Positions 11,675 to 20,624 of a DNA stretch of 64,000 bases are shown here, in pieces. The stretch is taken from NCBI GenBank assembly GCA_947441065.1, contig CANESI010000011.1:5584-69583 (forward strand), read 5' to 3'. A program made the translations under genes and the position numbers. This DNA is from Caulobacteraceae bacterium. Its GTDB lineage: Bacteria > Pseudomonadota > Alphaproteobacteria > Caulobacterales > Caulobacteraceae. Under the pieces are notes generated by a model. The model made no database searches, was not told the DNA's origin, and worked only from the letters and a program-made list of their open reading frames with translations. Every line of letters starts with the position of its first letter. Positions within the stretch are counted from its first letter, which is position 1.

Positions 11675-12805
11675 TTGACCCTTGTAACTGACGCTCGCGC
11701 TGATCTGCGCGCGCTGGTCGTTGCCGCCTCATTGGGATCGGCTTTCGGACTGGCGCTCGGTGGCCTTTACCTCGCAGGTGGGCTGGCACAAACGGCCTCG
11801 AGCCATGCCAAGATCGGACGCCTTGCTGAAGCCGCATCGTCGGGCTTTTCAGACACAGCATTGACCGAGCAGGCGGGTATGGCCGACGCCGCTGCCTTGC
11901 ATGTTGCGCGCCGCCACGACCCAAGTTTCGTGGCCACGGACGTTGATCAAGAGCGTCAAGCGGCTCTGTTCGCCTTGCGTCTTGAGCGCCGCTCGACCAC
12001 GGACAGTCGCTCGCAAGGCCGTATCGATGCGCGCGGCCTGCTGATGCGGGCAAGCTATAGCGAGACGACCCGGCTCAGCCTGCCGCCTCTGCGCGGTGGC
12101 CGGTTCAACGCCCTGACCGGCGCGCGGGATTTGGACTGCCTGACCCAAGCGGTCTATTACGAAGCGCGCGGCGAGACCCCATCCGGCCAAGCGGCTGTGG
12201 CCCAAGTGGTGCTGAACCGTGTCCGCCATCCGGCCTTCCCCAAGACCATCTGCGGCGTCGTTTTCCAGCGCGCGGATCATCGCGGCGGCTGTCAGTTCAG
12301 CTTTGCGTGCGATGGCTCCATGCGTTTGCCTATGGATAGAGCCGCTTGGCAACGTGCCGAGCGCGTGGCCTCGCGAGCCCTCGACGGTGTGACCGTGTCT
12401 CAGGTCGGCAAGGCCACCCACTTCCACACCACGGCAGTGTCGCCTGAGTGGGGCAAAAAGTTGCTGCGCGTGGCTCAGGTTGGCCTGCACATCTTCTATC
12501 GCTTTGGCAGCGGCACCTATGTGCCAGCCTTGCCGATTGATGGACCGGGCCTCGCGGCTCCGGCCTTGGACGCGGCCAATCAGGCGGTCTATGCTAGCCT
12601 CTTGCCGCAGGCCGCTCAGATCGATGCGGCGGTTCAGAAGGTTGTCGGCCTAGACGCAGGGTCTGAAGGTGCCGCCACGGCCCCGAAGGCTATGGTGCCT
12701 CGTCCTGTGTCACCGTTCGAAGTTGATCGGGCTGGGGTAACGGAAACCTCGGCGCTGACCGTGAAGACCCCTCAGAGCCACCCGTCAGCCGCGTCTGGGG
12801 CCTAA
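11675..12805 (+). CDS. Cell-wall hydrolase, SleB (Hydrolase_2) family
   Basis: The C-terminal half carries the SleB-type motif LDCLTQAVYYEARGETPSGQAAVAQVVLNRVRHPAFPKTICGVVFQ. The N-terminus is hydrophobic. The TTG start from the ORF track is uncertain. Confidence 0.75.
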   Translation: MTLVTDARADLRALVVAASLGSAFGLALGGLYLAGGLAQTASSHAKIGRLAEAASSGFSDTALTEQAGMADAAALHVARRHDPSFVATDVDQERQAALFALRLERRSTTDSRSQGRIDARGLLMRASYSETTRLSLPPLRGGRFNALTGARDLDCLTQAVYYEARGETPSGQAAVAQVVLNRVRHPAFPKTICGVVFQRADHRGGCQFSFACDGSMRLPMDRAAWQRAERVASRALDGVTVSQVGKATHFHTTAVSPEWGKKLLRVAQVGLHIFYRFGSGTYVPALPIDGPGLAAPALDAANQAVYASLLPQAAQIDAAVQKVVGLDAGSEGAATAPKAMVPRPVSPFEVDRAGVTETSALTVKTPQSHPSAASGA

Positions 12806-13419
12806 CCGTCCCAGACGGTGGTTAGGGCCGCGATGTCAGGGCGCACCCGCTCGAGCGGGGCGTCCTTGGCGGTGCCGATATAGATAAAGCCTGCCACCCG
12901 CTCGCCGGGTGCGAGGCCTAGCAAGGCGGCGGCCTTGGGGTCATAGGCGTACCAGTCTGTGATCCAGTTGGCCCCAAAGCCTGCAGCAGACGCGGCATTG
13001 ACGAGGGTCGAGCAGACCGCGCCTGCCGATAGGATCTGTTCCCACTCAGGAATCTTCTCGCCCGTAATATGCGACACGACCGCGACCGCGAGGGGCGGGG
13101 TGGTCAGCTTGACTAGGGCGCTGGCGGCCTTTTCGGCCTCGGGGCGCTCCGTCGCGACGGCGGCGAGCCGCTCGGCGAAGCGGGCCTTGGCGGCACCTTC
13201 CAGAACGATGAAGCGCCAAGGAAAGAGCTTGCCATGGTCGCTGACCCTTGCGGCGATGCGCAGCAGATCATCTAAGGTCGTGGCATCGGGTCCGGGAGCC
13301 ATCAGGGCTGACGCAGAGGCCGACCGGCGCAAGGCCAAGAAGGCTAGAACAGCATCGTTTCGCTCGCCCAGCGGCAAGGCTGCGCCAAATTCCGGGGCCT
13401 GTGGCAGGTTCAAGGACAT
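12802..13419 (-). CDS. Nitroreductase family protein
   Basis: 205 aa with a typical nitroreductase-fold N-terminal region (RRSASA...APGPD...LLRIAARVSDHGKLFPWRFIVL). Confidence 0.7.
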   Translation of the reverse strand: MSLNLPQAPEFGAALPLGERNDAVLAFLALRRSASASALMAPGPDATTLDDLLRIAARVSDHGKLFPWRFIVLEGAAKARFAERLAAVATERPEAEKAASALVKLTTPPLAVAVVSHITGEKIPEWEQILSAGAVCSTLVNAASAAGFGANWITDWYAYDPKAAALLGLAPGERVAGFIYIGTAKDAPLERVRPDIAALTTVWDG

Positions 13420-13512
13420 GGCCGGTGACTTTCTCTGCTTCGGGGCGCGATGGTTCTAGCTATAAACCCTTAGAGCCAACGGCAATGGGCCAAATGACGA
13501 GGGGCCGAGTTC

Positions 13513-14121
13513 ATGGTGGATAAACCCGGTTGGATGACCCCCAAGGGACCGGCTTGGCAAAGGCTGGCCCATCGACCGGTCTATGAGAACCCTTGGGTCA
13601 CCGTCGACGAGTTTGACGCCGTCGCCCCTACCGGGGCTAAGGCGCTCTATGGATTGGTCGGGATGAAGAATCTCGCCCTTGGCATCCTACCGCTCCATTC
13701 GGACGGAACCGTGACATTGGTGGGGCAACATCGTTTTCCATCGGGCACCTATTCTTGGGAAATCCCGGAAGGTGGCGGGGGCAAGGATATTGATCCCTTG
13801 ACCTCTGCCAAACGTGAACTGCGCGAAGAGGCGGGGCTGGAGGCGCAGGAGTGGTTTCAGGTGCTGGATTTTGATGTTTCGAACTCGATCACCGACGAGC
13901 GCGGCCTTGGCTTCTTGGCGCTAGACCTTTCCGCCGTGCCCGTAGAGCCCGATGACACGGAGGTCTTCGCCATCGCCCGCGTACCGTTCAAGGAGGCCTT
14001 GGCGGTGGCCATGGCCGGTCATATGCGTGATTTGATAACCCTCGCCATGCTACTTCGGGCTCACCATATGGCTGTCAATGGCGAGATCAGGCGCGACTTG
14101 GCAGAACTTATGCTAAGATAG
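13513..14121 (+). CDS. NUDIX hydrolase
   Basis: 202 aa with a Nudix box (EGGGGKDIDPLTSAKRELREEAGLE). Confidence 0.8.
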   Translation: MVDKPGWMTPKGPAWQRLAHRPVYENPWVTVDEFDAVAPTGAKALYGLVGMKNLALGILPLHSDGTVTLVGQHRFPSGTYSWEIPEGGGGKDIDPLTSAKRELREEAGLEAQEWFQVLDFDVSNSITDERGLGFLALDLSAVPVEPDDTEVFAIARVPFKEALAVAMAGHMRDLITLAMLLRAHHMAVNGEIRRDLAELMLR

Positions 14122-14156
14122 GTCGCTCGTTGGAATGGGATTGAGGAGCCGGATCG

Positions 14157-14987
14157 ATGCCAAAACATCTGGAAGTCGTGTCAGCGCACACTGTCCCGTC
14201 CGTATGGGCTGCCTTGCGCAACGAGGCTGCGCACCTTGCTACGACAGAGCCGACGCTCGGGTCGATGCTCAATGCCGTACTGTTGAAGCACGATGATCTG
14301 GCCTCGGCCCTGTCCTATCAATTGGCACGTAAGCTGAGCGACGAAGAGCTGCGGGCCATGAGCATGCGGGAAATTGTCGAAGAGGCCTTTGCCTCTGACC
14401 CCAGCCTCGTCACCAGCGCCGAAGCTGATCTGCGCGCCGTGTTCGAGCGCGACCCGGCCTGTAAGGGCTATGTCCAGCCGTTCCTCTTCTTCAAAGGGTT
14501 CCAAGCCCTGCAAACCTACCGAGTGGCCCATTGGCTGTTTGGCCAAGGGCGTGAGACGCTGGCCTTCTATCTGCAGAGCCGCTGTTCAGAGCTGTTCCAG
14601 GTCGATATCCATCCAGGCGCAGTGATTGGGTCAGGCGTGTTCATCGACCACGGCACCGGCATCGTTATCGGCGAGACCGCTGTGGTCAGCGATGAGGTTT
14701 CGATGCTGCATGGCGTGACGCTCGGCGGCACGGGTGCTGAGCGCGGAGATCGTCACCCCAAGATCGGACGCGGCGTGCTTTTGGGCGCTGGCGCCAAGGT
14801 GCTGGGCAATATCTTGGTCGGTGACTATGCCAAGATCGCGTCTGGCTCGGTGGTGCTTAAGCCCGTTCCGGCCCATTGCACGGCGGCCGGCGTTCCAGCC
14901 CGTCTGGTCAACTGTCCCACCGACGAAGAGCCCGCGCGGACCATGGATCACACCCTTGCCGAAGCTTTGTACGACTACGTCATTTAG
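14157..14987 (+). CDS. cysE: Serine O-acetyltransferase
   Basis: 276 aa with an N-terminal SATase helical domain and a left-handed beta-helix hexapeptide region (DIHPGAVIGSGVFIDHGTGIVIGETAVV...HPKIGRGVLLGAGAKVLGNI). Confidence 0.9.
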   Translation: MPKHLEVVSAHTVPSVWAALRNEAAHLATTEPTLGSMLNAVLLKHDDLASALSYQLARKLSDEELRAMSMREIVEEAFASDPSLVTSAEADLRAVFERDPACKGYVQPFLFFKGFQALQTYRVAHWLFGQGRETLAFYLQSRCSELFQVDIHPGAVIGSGVFIDHGTGIVIGETAVVSDEVSMLHGVTLGGTGAERGDRHPKIGRGVLLGAGAKVLGNILVGDYAKIASGSVVLKPVPAHCTAAGVPARLVNCPTDEEPARTMDHTLAEALYDYVI

Positions 14988-15074
14988 CCAAGGCTTGGGG
15001 CTTGCTCTGGGCGCGGATGACGCTAGGGTCCGCTCAACACTGAACGCCCGTTTCTAACCGCAGGAGGTCCTATC

Positions 15075-15284
15075 ATGGACGCCAAAGCTATGGCCCGTAT
15101 CGAGGCCCACCTGAAGACCACCTTTGCCAATGCCACAGTGAACCTGAAGGGGCGTCCCAAGCAAAAGGACTCCGCCGAGGTCTATGTCGGGGATGAATTT
15201 ATCGGCGTGGTCTTCGAAGATGAGGACGAGGACGGTTCCTACATGTTCGAGATGGCCATCTTGGCCGAAGATCTGAACGGTTAA
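15075..15284 (+). CDS. DUF3126-family small protein
   Basis: 69 aa (…KGRPKQKDSAEVYVGDEFIGVVFEDEDEDGSYMFEMAIL). This small family is commonly found next to cysE in alphaproteobacteria. The call is from memory of the family, not from a search. Confidence 0.6.
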   Translation: MDAKAMARIEAHLKTTFANATVNLKGRPKQKDSAEVYVGDEFIGVVFEDEDEDGSYMFEMAILAEDLNG

Positions 15285-15289
15285 ACGAC

Positions 15290-15326
15290 AATGGCGGAGG
15301 GCTCTCACCCCCCGCCATTCTTTTAG
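15290..15326 (+). terminator. Hairpin terminator between convergent DUF3126 and phoH-like genes
   Basis: The stem is AATGGCGG (15290-15297) paired with CCGCCATT (15312-15319), followed by CTTTTAGG. Confidence 0.5.
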
Positions 15327-15338
15327 GTTGGGTGGGTC

Positions 15339-16118
15339 TTAGAGAACGCCCAGCATCTCAGCCACCAGCGGGTGGCGGACAATGTCCACATCGGCAAGCC
15401 GGACGACCGCGACATTGTCCAGCGCCTCGAAACGGTTGGCGACCTCGGCCAGACCAGACACTCCGGGAAGCAGGTCTGACTGGTGTGGGTCGCCCGTCAC
15501 CACCATAGTCGAATGCCAGCCCAGACGGGTCAGCAGCATCTTCAGTTGGGCATAGGTACAGTTCTGCGCCTCGTCCATGACGACAAAGGCATTGTTCAGG
15601 GTGCGCCCGCGCATGAAGCCTAGCGGCGCGATCTCAATGGCCCCCTCAGCCATCAGGGCCCGCACCCGCTTCATCGACAACCGGTCCGCCAGGGCATCGA
15701 ACAGGGGCCTTAGATAAGGGGCCAGCTTGTCCTCCATATCCCCGGGCAAGAAACCGATGGATTCGCCCGCATCCACCGCAGGACGTGACAGAACGATCCT
15801 ACCCACGGTTCCGGCCTCTAGCGCCTCAACGGCCTTGGCGATGGCCAGATAGGTCTTGCCCGTGCCTGCGGGGCCGAGGGCCAGCACCATGGCCTTGGCG
15901 TCGATGGCATCCATCAACTGTTTTTGACCGATGGATTTGGGTTTTATGGTTTTGACATAGCCCTGTTCCCGGTCGGCGTCTCGGTCAGGTCCAGCAGCGT
16001 GACTGCCTATGGGAGACCAGCCCCGCTCGACCGGCAAGCGGCGAACCTTTGGGTCTTCAAACTGTCCGGCATCAAACGCACCTTCGCGCACCATACGCTT
16101 CAGGGCTCTTTTGGTCAT
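15339..16118 (-). CDS. PhoH-family ATPase (short form)
   Basis: The ORF runs 15339..16376. The start is trimmed to ATG 16116-16118 (MTKRALKRM...), which has GGAGG upstream. Walker A GPAGTGKTYLA and the PhoH C-terminal motifs (VVTGDPHQSDL) are present. The upstream 86 codons overlap a terminator hairpin and look non-coding. Confidence 0.85.
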   Translation of the reverse strand: MTKRALKRMVREGAFDAGQFEDPKVRRLPVERGWSPIGSHAAGPDRDADREQGYVKTIKPKSIGQKQLMDAIDAKAMVLALGPAGTGKTYLAIAKAVEALEAGTVGRIVLSRPAVDAGESIGFLPGDMEDKLAPYLRPLFDALADRLSMKRVRALMAEGAIEIAPLGFMRGRTLNNAFVVMDEAQNCTYAQLKMLLTRLGWHSTMVVTGDPHQSDLLPGVSGLAEVANRFEALDNVAVVRLADVDIVRHPLVAEMLGVL

Positions 16119-16150
16119 GGAAGCCTCCGCAATTGGACTGGATAAAGGGC

Positions 16151-16186
16151 AATAAAAAAGGGCGCGTCCGCGATGGACCGCCCTTT
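16151..16186 (-). terminator. Rho-independent terminator (minus strand) about 30 nt upstream of the phoH-like start
   Basis: The minus-strand RNA reads AAAGGGCG-GUCC-aucgc-GGAC-g-CGCCCUUUUUUAUU: a GC-rich stem of about 12 bp plus a U-tract. Confidence 0.7.
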
Positions 16187-16400
16187 GGTCAGATGAGGAT
16201 GGGATGCAGCGACGACGCTGGGGGCAGGGCCGCAGGGCCCTTCTTGCGATCTTGAACGGGACAGCCCGTGGGGCCGTCTGAACCCTATTCGAAACACGCG
16301 ACACTCCGCTGTTTCCAATCCAAACCCGTCTCGGCGAGGCGGGCTGATCTTGTGACCGTCGAAGGGCTATAGCCATCTCGAATCACCTGACTAATATGAT
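16187..16400 (-). ncRNA. Candidate small RNA or attenuating leader ending at the 16151-16186 terminator
   Basis: No credible CDS lies on the minus strand between 16187 and the divergent gene at 16459. Several GC hairpins are present (GACGGCCCcacGGGCTGTC, GGGCCctgcGGCCC, CAGCGtcgtCGCTG), followed by a strong terminator. The 5' end and the family are unknown. Confidence 0.3.
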
Positions 16401-16458
16401 GCTACGCGCCTTTCAGAGCGGTTAACCATGAACTTTATAAGAAAAAAGGAATGTCGGG

Positions 16459-16986
16459 ATGACGGTCTATAGTTTGGGCGATAAGGCCCCGGTTCTGCCG
16501 CCTGAAGGTGACTATTGGATCGCGCCCAATGCGGTGGTGATCGGCAGTGTCATTCTGCGCAAAAATGCCAGCATCTGGTTTGGTGCGACCCTGCGCGGCG
16601 ACTGTGACCCCATCGAGATCGGCGAGAACAGCAATATTCAAGATGGCAGCGTCCTGCACACGGATGTCGGCGTACCCCTGACCATCGGCAAGAACGTCAC
16701 GGTCGGCCACATGGTCATGCTTCACGGCTGCACGGTGGGGGACAATAGCTTGATCGGGATCGGCTCGATCATCCTCAATGGGGCCAAGATCGGTCGCAAC
16801 TGTCTGATCGGGGCCAATTGCCTGATCACCGAAGGCAAGGAAATCCCCGACAATTCGATGGTCATGGGCGCACCGGGCAAGGTCGTCCGCGAGGTCAGTG
16901 AAGGTCAGATCCAGATGCTGACCGGCTCAGCCCTGCACTATGTCGAAAACTGGAAGCGCTATATGCGTGACCTAAAGGCGGTTTGA
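16459..16986 (+). CDS. Gamma-carbonic-anhydrase-like / hexapeptide (LbH) family protein
   Basis: 175 aa with a YrdA/PaaY-like pattern ([28 protein letters not shown]...[14 protein letters not shown]). Confidence 0.8.
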   Translation: MTVYSLGDKAPVLPPEGDYWIAPNAVVIGSVILRKNASIWFGATLRGDCDPIEIGENSNIQDGSVLHTDVGVPLTIGKNVTVGHMVMLHGCTVGDNSLIGIGSIILNGAKIGRNCLIGANCLITEGKEIPDNSMVMGAPGKVVREVSEGQIQMLTGSALHYVENWKRYMRDLKAV

Positions 16987-17041
16987 CCGCCCGCGCCGCA
17001 GCCGTCATATCCTAAGCCATAACCATAAGAGGAAACGATCC

Positions 17042-17821
17042 ATGGCCTATCAACATGTGAAGGTCGAGCGTAATGGCCCGATCACGACCATCATCCTGAA
17101 CCGTCCCGACGTGATGAATGCCCTCCACTCCGAAGCCCATTTCGAGCTGCACGAGGTTTTCAACGACTTTTCGTCCGACCCTGACCAGTGGGTGGGCATT
17201 GTCACCGGTGCAGGCGACCGCGCCTTTTCTGCTGGCAATGACCTGAAACATCAGGCGACGGGCGGCAAGATGGGCTCTCCCCCCAGCGGCTTTGCAGGCC
17301 TGACCTCGCGCTTTGATCTGACCAAGCCGCTGATTGCTGCGGTCAATGGTGTGGCCATGGGCGGCGGCTTTGAAATTGCTCTGGCCTGCGACCTGATCAT
17401 TGCCTCGGACAAGGCGGTCTTTGCCTTGCCAGAGCCGAAGGTGGGCCTTGCTGCCCTTGCCGGTGGTCTGCACCGCCTGCCGCGCCAGATCGGCCTGAAG
17501 CGGGCCATGGGCATGATCCTGACCGCTCGCCGGGTCTCGGCCGAAGAGGGCGCGGCCCTTGGCTTTGTCAATGAGGTGGCACCGCACGACCAGTTGATGG
17601 CCGTCGCAAATCGCTGGGCTCAGATGATCTGCGAATGCAGCCCCATGTCCATACGCGCCTCCAAGCAGGCGATCCAGATGGGTCTGGAACAGACGCTGGA
17701 AGAGGCGATCAGCGGCCAAGGCAAATATCCAGCCGTCTCGGCGCTCTTCAAGTCAGCGGACTTTGTCGAAGGCCCGATGGCCTTTGCACAAAAACGTGCG
17801 CCGCAATGGACCGGTAAATAG
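17042..17821 (+). CDS. Enoyl-CoA hydratase/isomerase (crotonase) family protein
   Basis: 259 aa with the crotonase signature AAVNGVAMGGGFEIALACDLIIAS. Confidence 0.85.
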   Translation: MAYQHVKVERNGPITTIILNRPDVMNALHSEAHFELHEVFNDFSSDPDQWVGIVTGAGDRAFSAGNDLKHQATGGKMGSPPSGFAGLTSRFDLTKPLIAAVNGVAMGGGFEIALACDLIIASDKAVFALPEPKVGLAALAGGLHRLPRQIGLKRAMGMILTARRVSAEEGAALGFVNEVAPHDQLMAVANRWAQMICECSPMSIRASKQAIQMGLEQTLEEAISGQGKYPAVSALFKSADFVEGPMAFAQKRAPQWTGK

Positions 17822-17887
17822 GCTAAGGATAGGGGGCGGCAAAAGCCGTCTCCGCACCCTGCTAAGTTCCCTCTGAAGGAGGCCTCC

Positions 17888-18766
17888 GTGATCCACAGGT
17901 CAGTCTACCGCGTCGCGCTCAGCGTCTTGATGGTGACGGCCATGGGGGTAGCGGCCTGCTCGCCAGAACAGAAGGCCCTGCTGCCCGGCGCCGCCAAGAC
18001 GCCCGCGATCAATGCCGAGGCCCTGAGCCGCATCATCGATGCCAGTTTCGGCGGGCTTGGGACCTGTCTGACCCTCACCGACCGCGCGACAGGCCGCGAG
18101 GTCTATGTCTATGGCTCCAATACCACCTGTATGAGGCCCCTGCCGCCCTGTTCGACCTTTAAGATCGCCAATAGCCTGATTGGGCTGGATGAGGGCGTCA
18201 TCAAGCCGGACGAGGTGATCAGGTGGGACGGCAAGCCTCAGGCGCTGAAGTCTTGGGAAATCGACGCCAATCTGGAGACGGCCTTCAAGCGCTCGATGGT
18301 GCCCTGGTTCCAGAAGGTGGCGCGCCAGATCGGTCCGGACACCTATACCAAGCGGCTCAAGGAAATGGACTATGGATCAGGCGATCCGGTAGGCCCGGTC
18401 GATCAGTTCTGGCTTGGCCCAGAGGTCGGCGGCGGCTTGACCATCTCCACCCGCCAGCAGACCGATTTCCTTAATCGCCTCTATGCAGACCGCCTGTCGA
18501 CCAATCCCCTGACCACGGCCACCGTCGCCAAGATCCTGATCGACGAGACGCGGGGCTCATCGGTGATGAGCGGCAAGACCGGCACCTGCTCCAGCCAAGC
18601 CGATGGCTCGCGCAATGTCGGCTGGTGGGTTGGACGGCTCAACAGCCCCGAGCGCGATCTGGTCTTTGCCGTCTCGATGGAGGGCCAGAACGCCTTGCCC
18701 GGCCGCGAACTGCAGATCCGCCTGAAATCCGCCTTCGCTAAGGCCGGGCTCTGGCCGCAGACATAG
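17888..18766 (+). CDS. Class D (OXA-type) beta-lactamase, probable lipoprotein
   Basis: All the class D motifs are present: STFK (CSTFKIANS), S-x-V (SMV), YGS (MDYGSGD), KTG (SGKTGT) and W-x-x-G (WWVG). It has a signal peptide with the lipobox-like sequence VAAC, and a GTG start. Confidence 0.8.
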   Translation: MIHRSVYRVALSVLMVTAMGVAACSPEQKALLPGAAKTPAINAEALSRIIDASFGGLGTCLTLTDRATGREVYVYGSNTTCMRPLPPCSTFKIANSLIGLDEGVIKPDEVIRWDGKPQALKSWEIDANLETAFKRSMVPWFQKVARQIGPDTYTKRLKEMDYGSGDPVGPVDQFWLGPEVGGGLTISTRQQTDFLNRLYADRLSTNPLTTATVAKILIDETRGSSVMSGKTGTCSSQADGSRNVGWWVGRLNSPERDLVFAVSMEGQNALPGRELQIRLKSAFAKAGLWPQT

Positions 18767-18769
18767 GCG

Positions 18770-19507
18770 CTAGGGGACCAGCGCATAGTCCCCAGTCACA
18801 TCGATCCTTATGCTGAGTTCACCCCCGGACACCGGGGTTGAGCCGCCATCAGCGCTCATCTTGGCCATGGCCATCAGGGCTATGGGGCGCGGCTCAGGAC
18901 TGCCGCCGCCTTCGGACAGGTTGACCAATCGCACAGAGCGGTGGCCGGTCGCGCTGGCATAGAGATCGGCCTTCGCCTTTAGCGCCTTGACAGCGGCGAG
19001 CCGCGCGGCGTCCTCCAGCCCTTGGGCGTTCTTGAGGCCAAAGCTGATGCCATTGACCTGATTGACCCCGGCCTCGACCACGGCATCCAGCACTGGCCCA
19101 AGGCGCGGCAGGTCATTGACCATGATCGTCACCGCGTTCGAGGCCTGATAGCCGGTCAGCTTGGGGGGTTCGTTTTGGTTGTAGCTATATTGCGCATTCA
19201 AATCGATGGACGAGGTTTGGATGTCTCTCGCCGCCAGACCCTGTTTCATCAACATGGCCATGACCTTGGCCATCCGCTCTCGGTTCTGAGCCATGGCCTG
19301 CGCCGCCGTCGGGGCGAGGGTCTGGACCCCGACACTGATCGCCGCCCGATCCGGCGCGGCCTTGACCTCGCCATATGCGCTGAGATGGAGCTTGGGACTG
19401 GGCAGGGTCTGGGCGCTGGCAGCGCCGACAGTCAGCCCGACCAGCAGCAGGCCAAGGCTGGCCACCCGCAGTGGACGCGCGAAAGGACGAGGATGGGCAG
19501 GGGTCAT
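18770..19507 (-). CDS. SIMPL (DUF541) domain periplasmic protein
   Basis: 245 aa with a signal peptide and a SIMPL-like pattern (LSAYGEVKAAPDRAAISVGVQT...NQVNGISFGL). Confidence 0.75.
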   Translation of the reverse strand: MTPAHPRPFARPLRVASLGLLLVGLTVGAASAQTLPSPKLHLSAYGEVKAAPDRAAISVGVQTLAPTAAQAMAQNRERMAKVMAMLMKQGLAARDIQTSSIDLNAQYSYNQNEPPKLTGYQASNAVTIMVNDLPRLGPVLDAVVEAGVNQVNGISFGLKNAQGLEDAARLAAVKALKAKADLYASATGHRSVRLVNLSEGGGSPEPRPIALMAMAKMSADGGSTPVSGGELSIRIDVTGDYALVP

Positions 19508-19645
19508 GAGGGTCTCTCCAAAGGGCCGGGCCAGCCAACAGCCCGGCGCCGTCTGTGTCCATACGAAAAAGCTAGTCCCTCGAACATGAACCGGGCCTTT
19601 ATGACATAGTCATGTCGTGCTAATCCGCCCTGCACCCGCAAATGG

Positions 19646-19721
19646 GGGCCTGTAGCTCAATGGTTAGAGCCGACCGCTCATAACGGTCTGGTTGGGGGTT
19701 CGAGTCCCTCCAGGCCTACCA
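19646..19721 (+). tRNA. tRNA-Met (anticodon CAT; elongator Met or lysidine-modified Ile2 not distinguishable here)
   Basis: A hand-folded 76-nt cloverleaf. The acceptor stem is GGGCCTG/CAGGCCT (G1-U72). The D arm is GCTCaatggttaGAGC. The anticodon stem is GACCG/CGGTC with loop CTCATAA. The T arm is GGGGGttcgagtCCCTC. The 3' end is an encoded CCA. Confidence 0.9.
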
Positions 19722-19812
19722 CCCCTTGATTTCGACATTGATTTTGTTAATGAATTTCGATTAATTGCCTAACCACCGATTGGGTTAGGCAGTTGACGTG
19801 CGGTGTTCGCCC

Positions 19813-20070
19813 CTAGACGAGAGCTGATGGCGGACCAAAGCCATAAGTCCTGTCGGCGTGCGCCGGGACGGCCACATCGCTGAGATTATGCCTCGCATCG
19901 GCTAGCATGGCGAGCGAGTTGGCCAGCACCCTATAGGTCGCCTCAATCGCCACAAACCCAATGTTCAGAACCACCCCCACCCCAAAGGCGAGATCGAAAT
20001 TGGCCGGGACATGGCTGTGGTCGGCGTGTGTGTGTGGCCGATCATCGGACTTGGACATGTGCAGGCTCAC
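19813..20070 (-). pseudogene. Truncated N-terminal fragment of a CzcD-type cation diffusion facilitator gene
   Basis: The 85-aa ORF carries a His-rich N-terminus and CDF TM1-TM2 motifs (FGVGVVLNIGFVAIEATYRVLANSLAMLADARHNLSDV). After that, similarity to CDF proteins is lost and the ORF stops. A full CDF protein is about 300 aa. Confidence 0.7.
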
Positions 20071-20154
20071 ATCGGCGCACCAACCGGGCGGTGGGAGTAG
20101 CGTTTAGCAAGGACCGAGTGTGAGGGTGTTTTTGTTAGGGCCCGGTTTCAAATA

Positions 20155-20610
20155 TTAATTTTTAATTATTGATTGAATCATCCGTGAATATTTTTCTTCA
20201 GTCACCATAATAGAGCCTAGTTTCAATATTTCACTATCTCCTCTAATCAGCCTAATTTTGATGCGACCAGTTTTATTTAATATTAATGATGAAAATTGAA
20301 CGGGTATTTCAATTTGAATTCTAGCATCCTCTCGATCAATGTTGTTTTTAATGGGAACATCTATTTTATCAAATGGAACTTCAACCTCCCAATGAGGTTT
20401 CTCTTCATCATCTGGGAAAAATACCATAAACTTCAATGGTTTCTTCTCGATACTTCGCGATTGGACATATTTAATTATCATGCAAAAATTCTTCATGACG
20501 AATGGTATGCTGGGAACTATTATTTCATCTTGATAAATTCCCATATAACTAATTTTGTTATTTATTTCGTGACGTATATCATCACAGAATATTGTGTACC
20601 CGAAAATCAT
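20155..20610 (-). CDS. Hypothetical protein, 151 aa (islet gene C, no family recognised)
   Basis: Very AT-rich ORF (MIFGYTIFCDDIRHEINNKISYMGIY...). A strong RBS GAGGGAG lies 8 nt upstream of the ATG and overlaps the stop codon of the upstream gene (gtTTGAGAGGGAGATTTTAAATG). The opposite-strand ORFs here are shadows. Confidence 0.7.
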   Translation of the reverse strand: MIFGYTIFCDDIRHEINNKISYMGIYQDEIIVPSIPFVMKNFCMIIKYVQSRSIEKKPLKFMVFFPDDEEKPHWEVEVPFDKIDVPIKNNIDREDARIQIEIPVQFSSLILNKTGRIKIRLIRGDSEILKLGSIMVTEEKYSRMIQSIIKN

Positions 20611-20624
20611 TTAAAATCTCCCTC

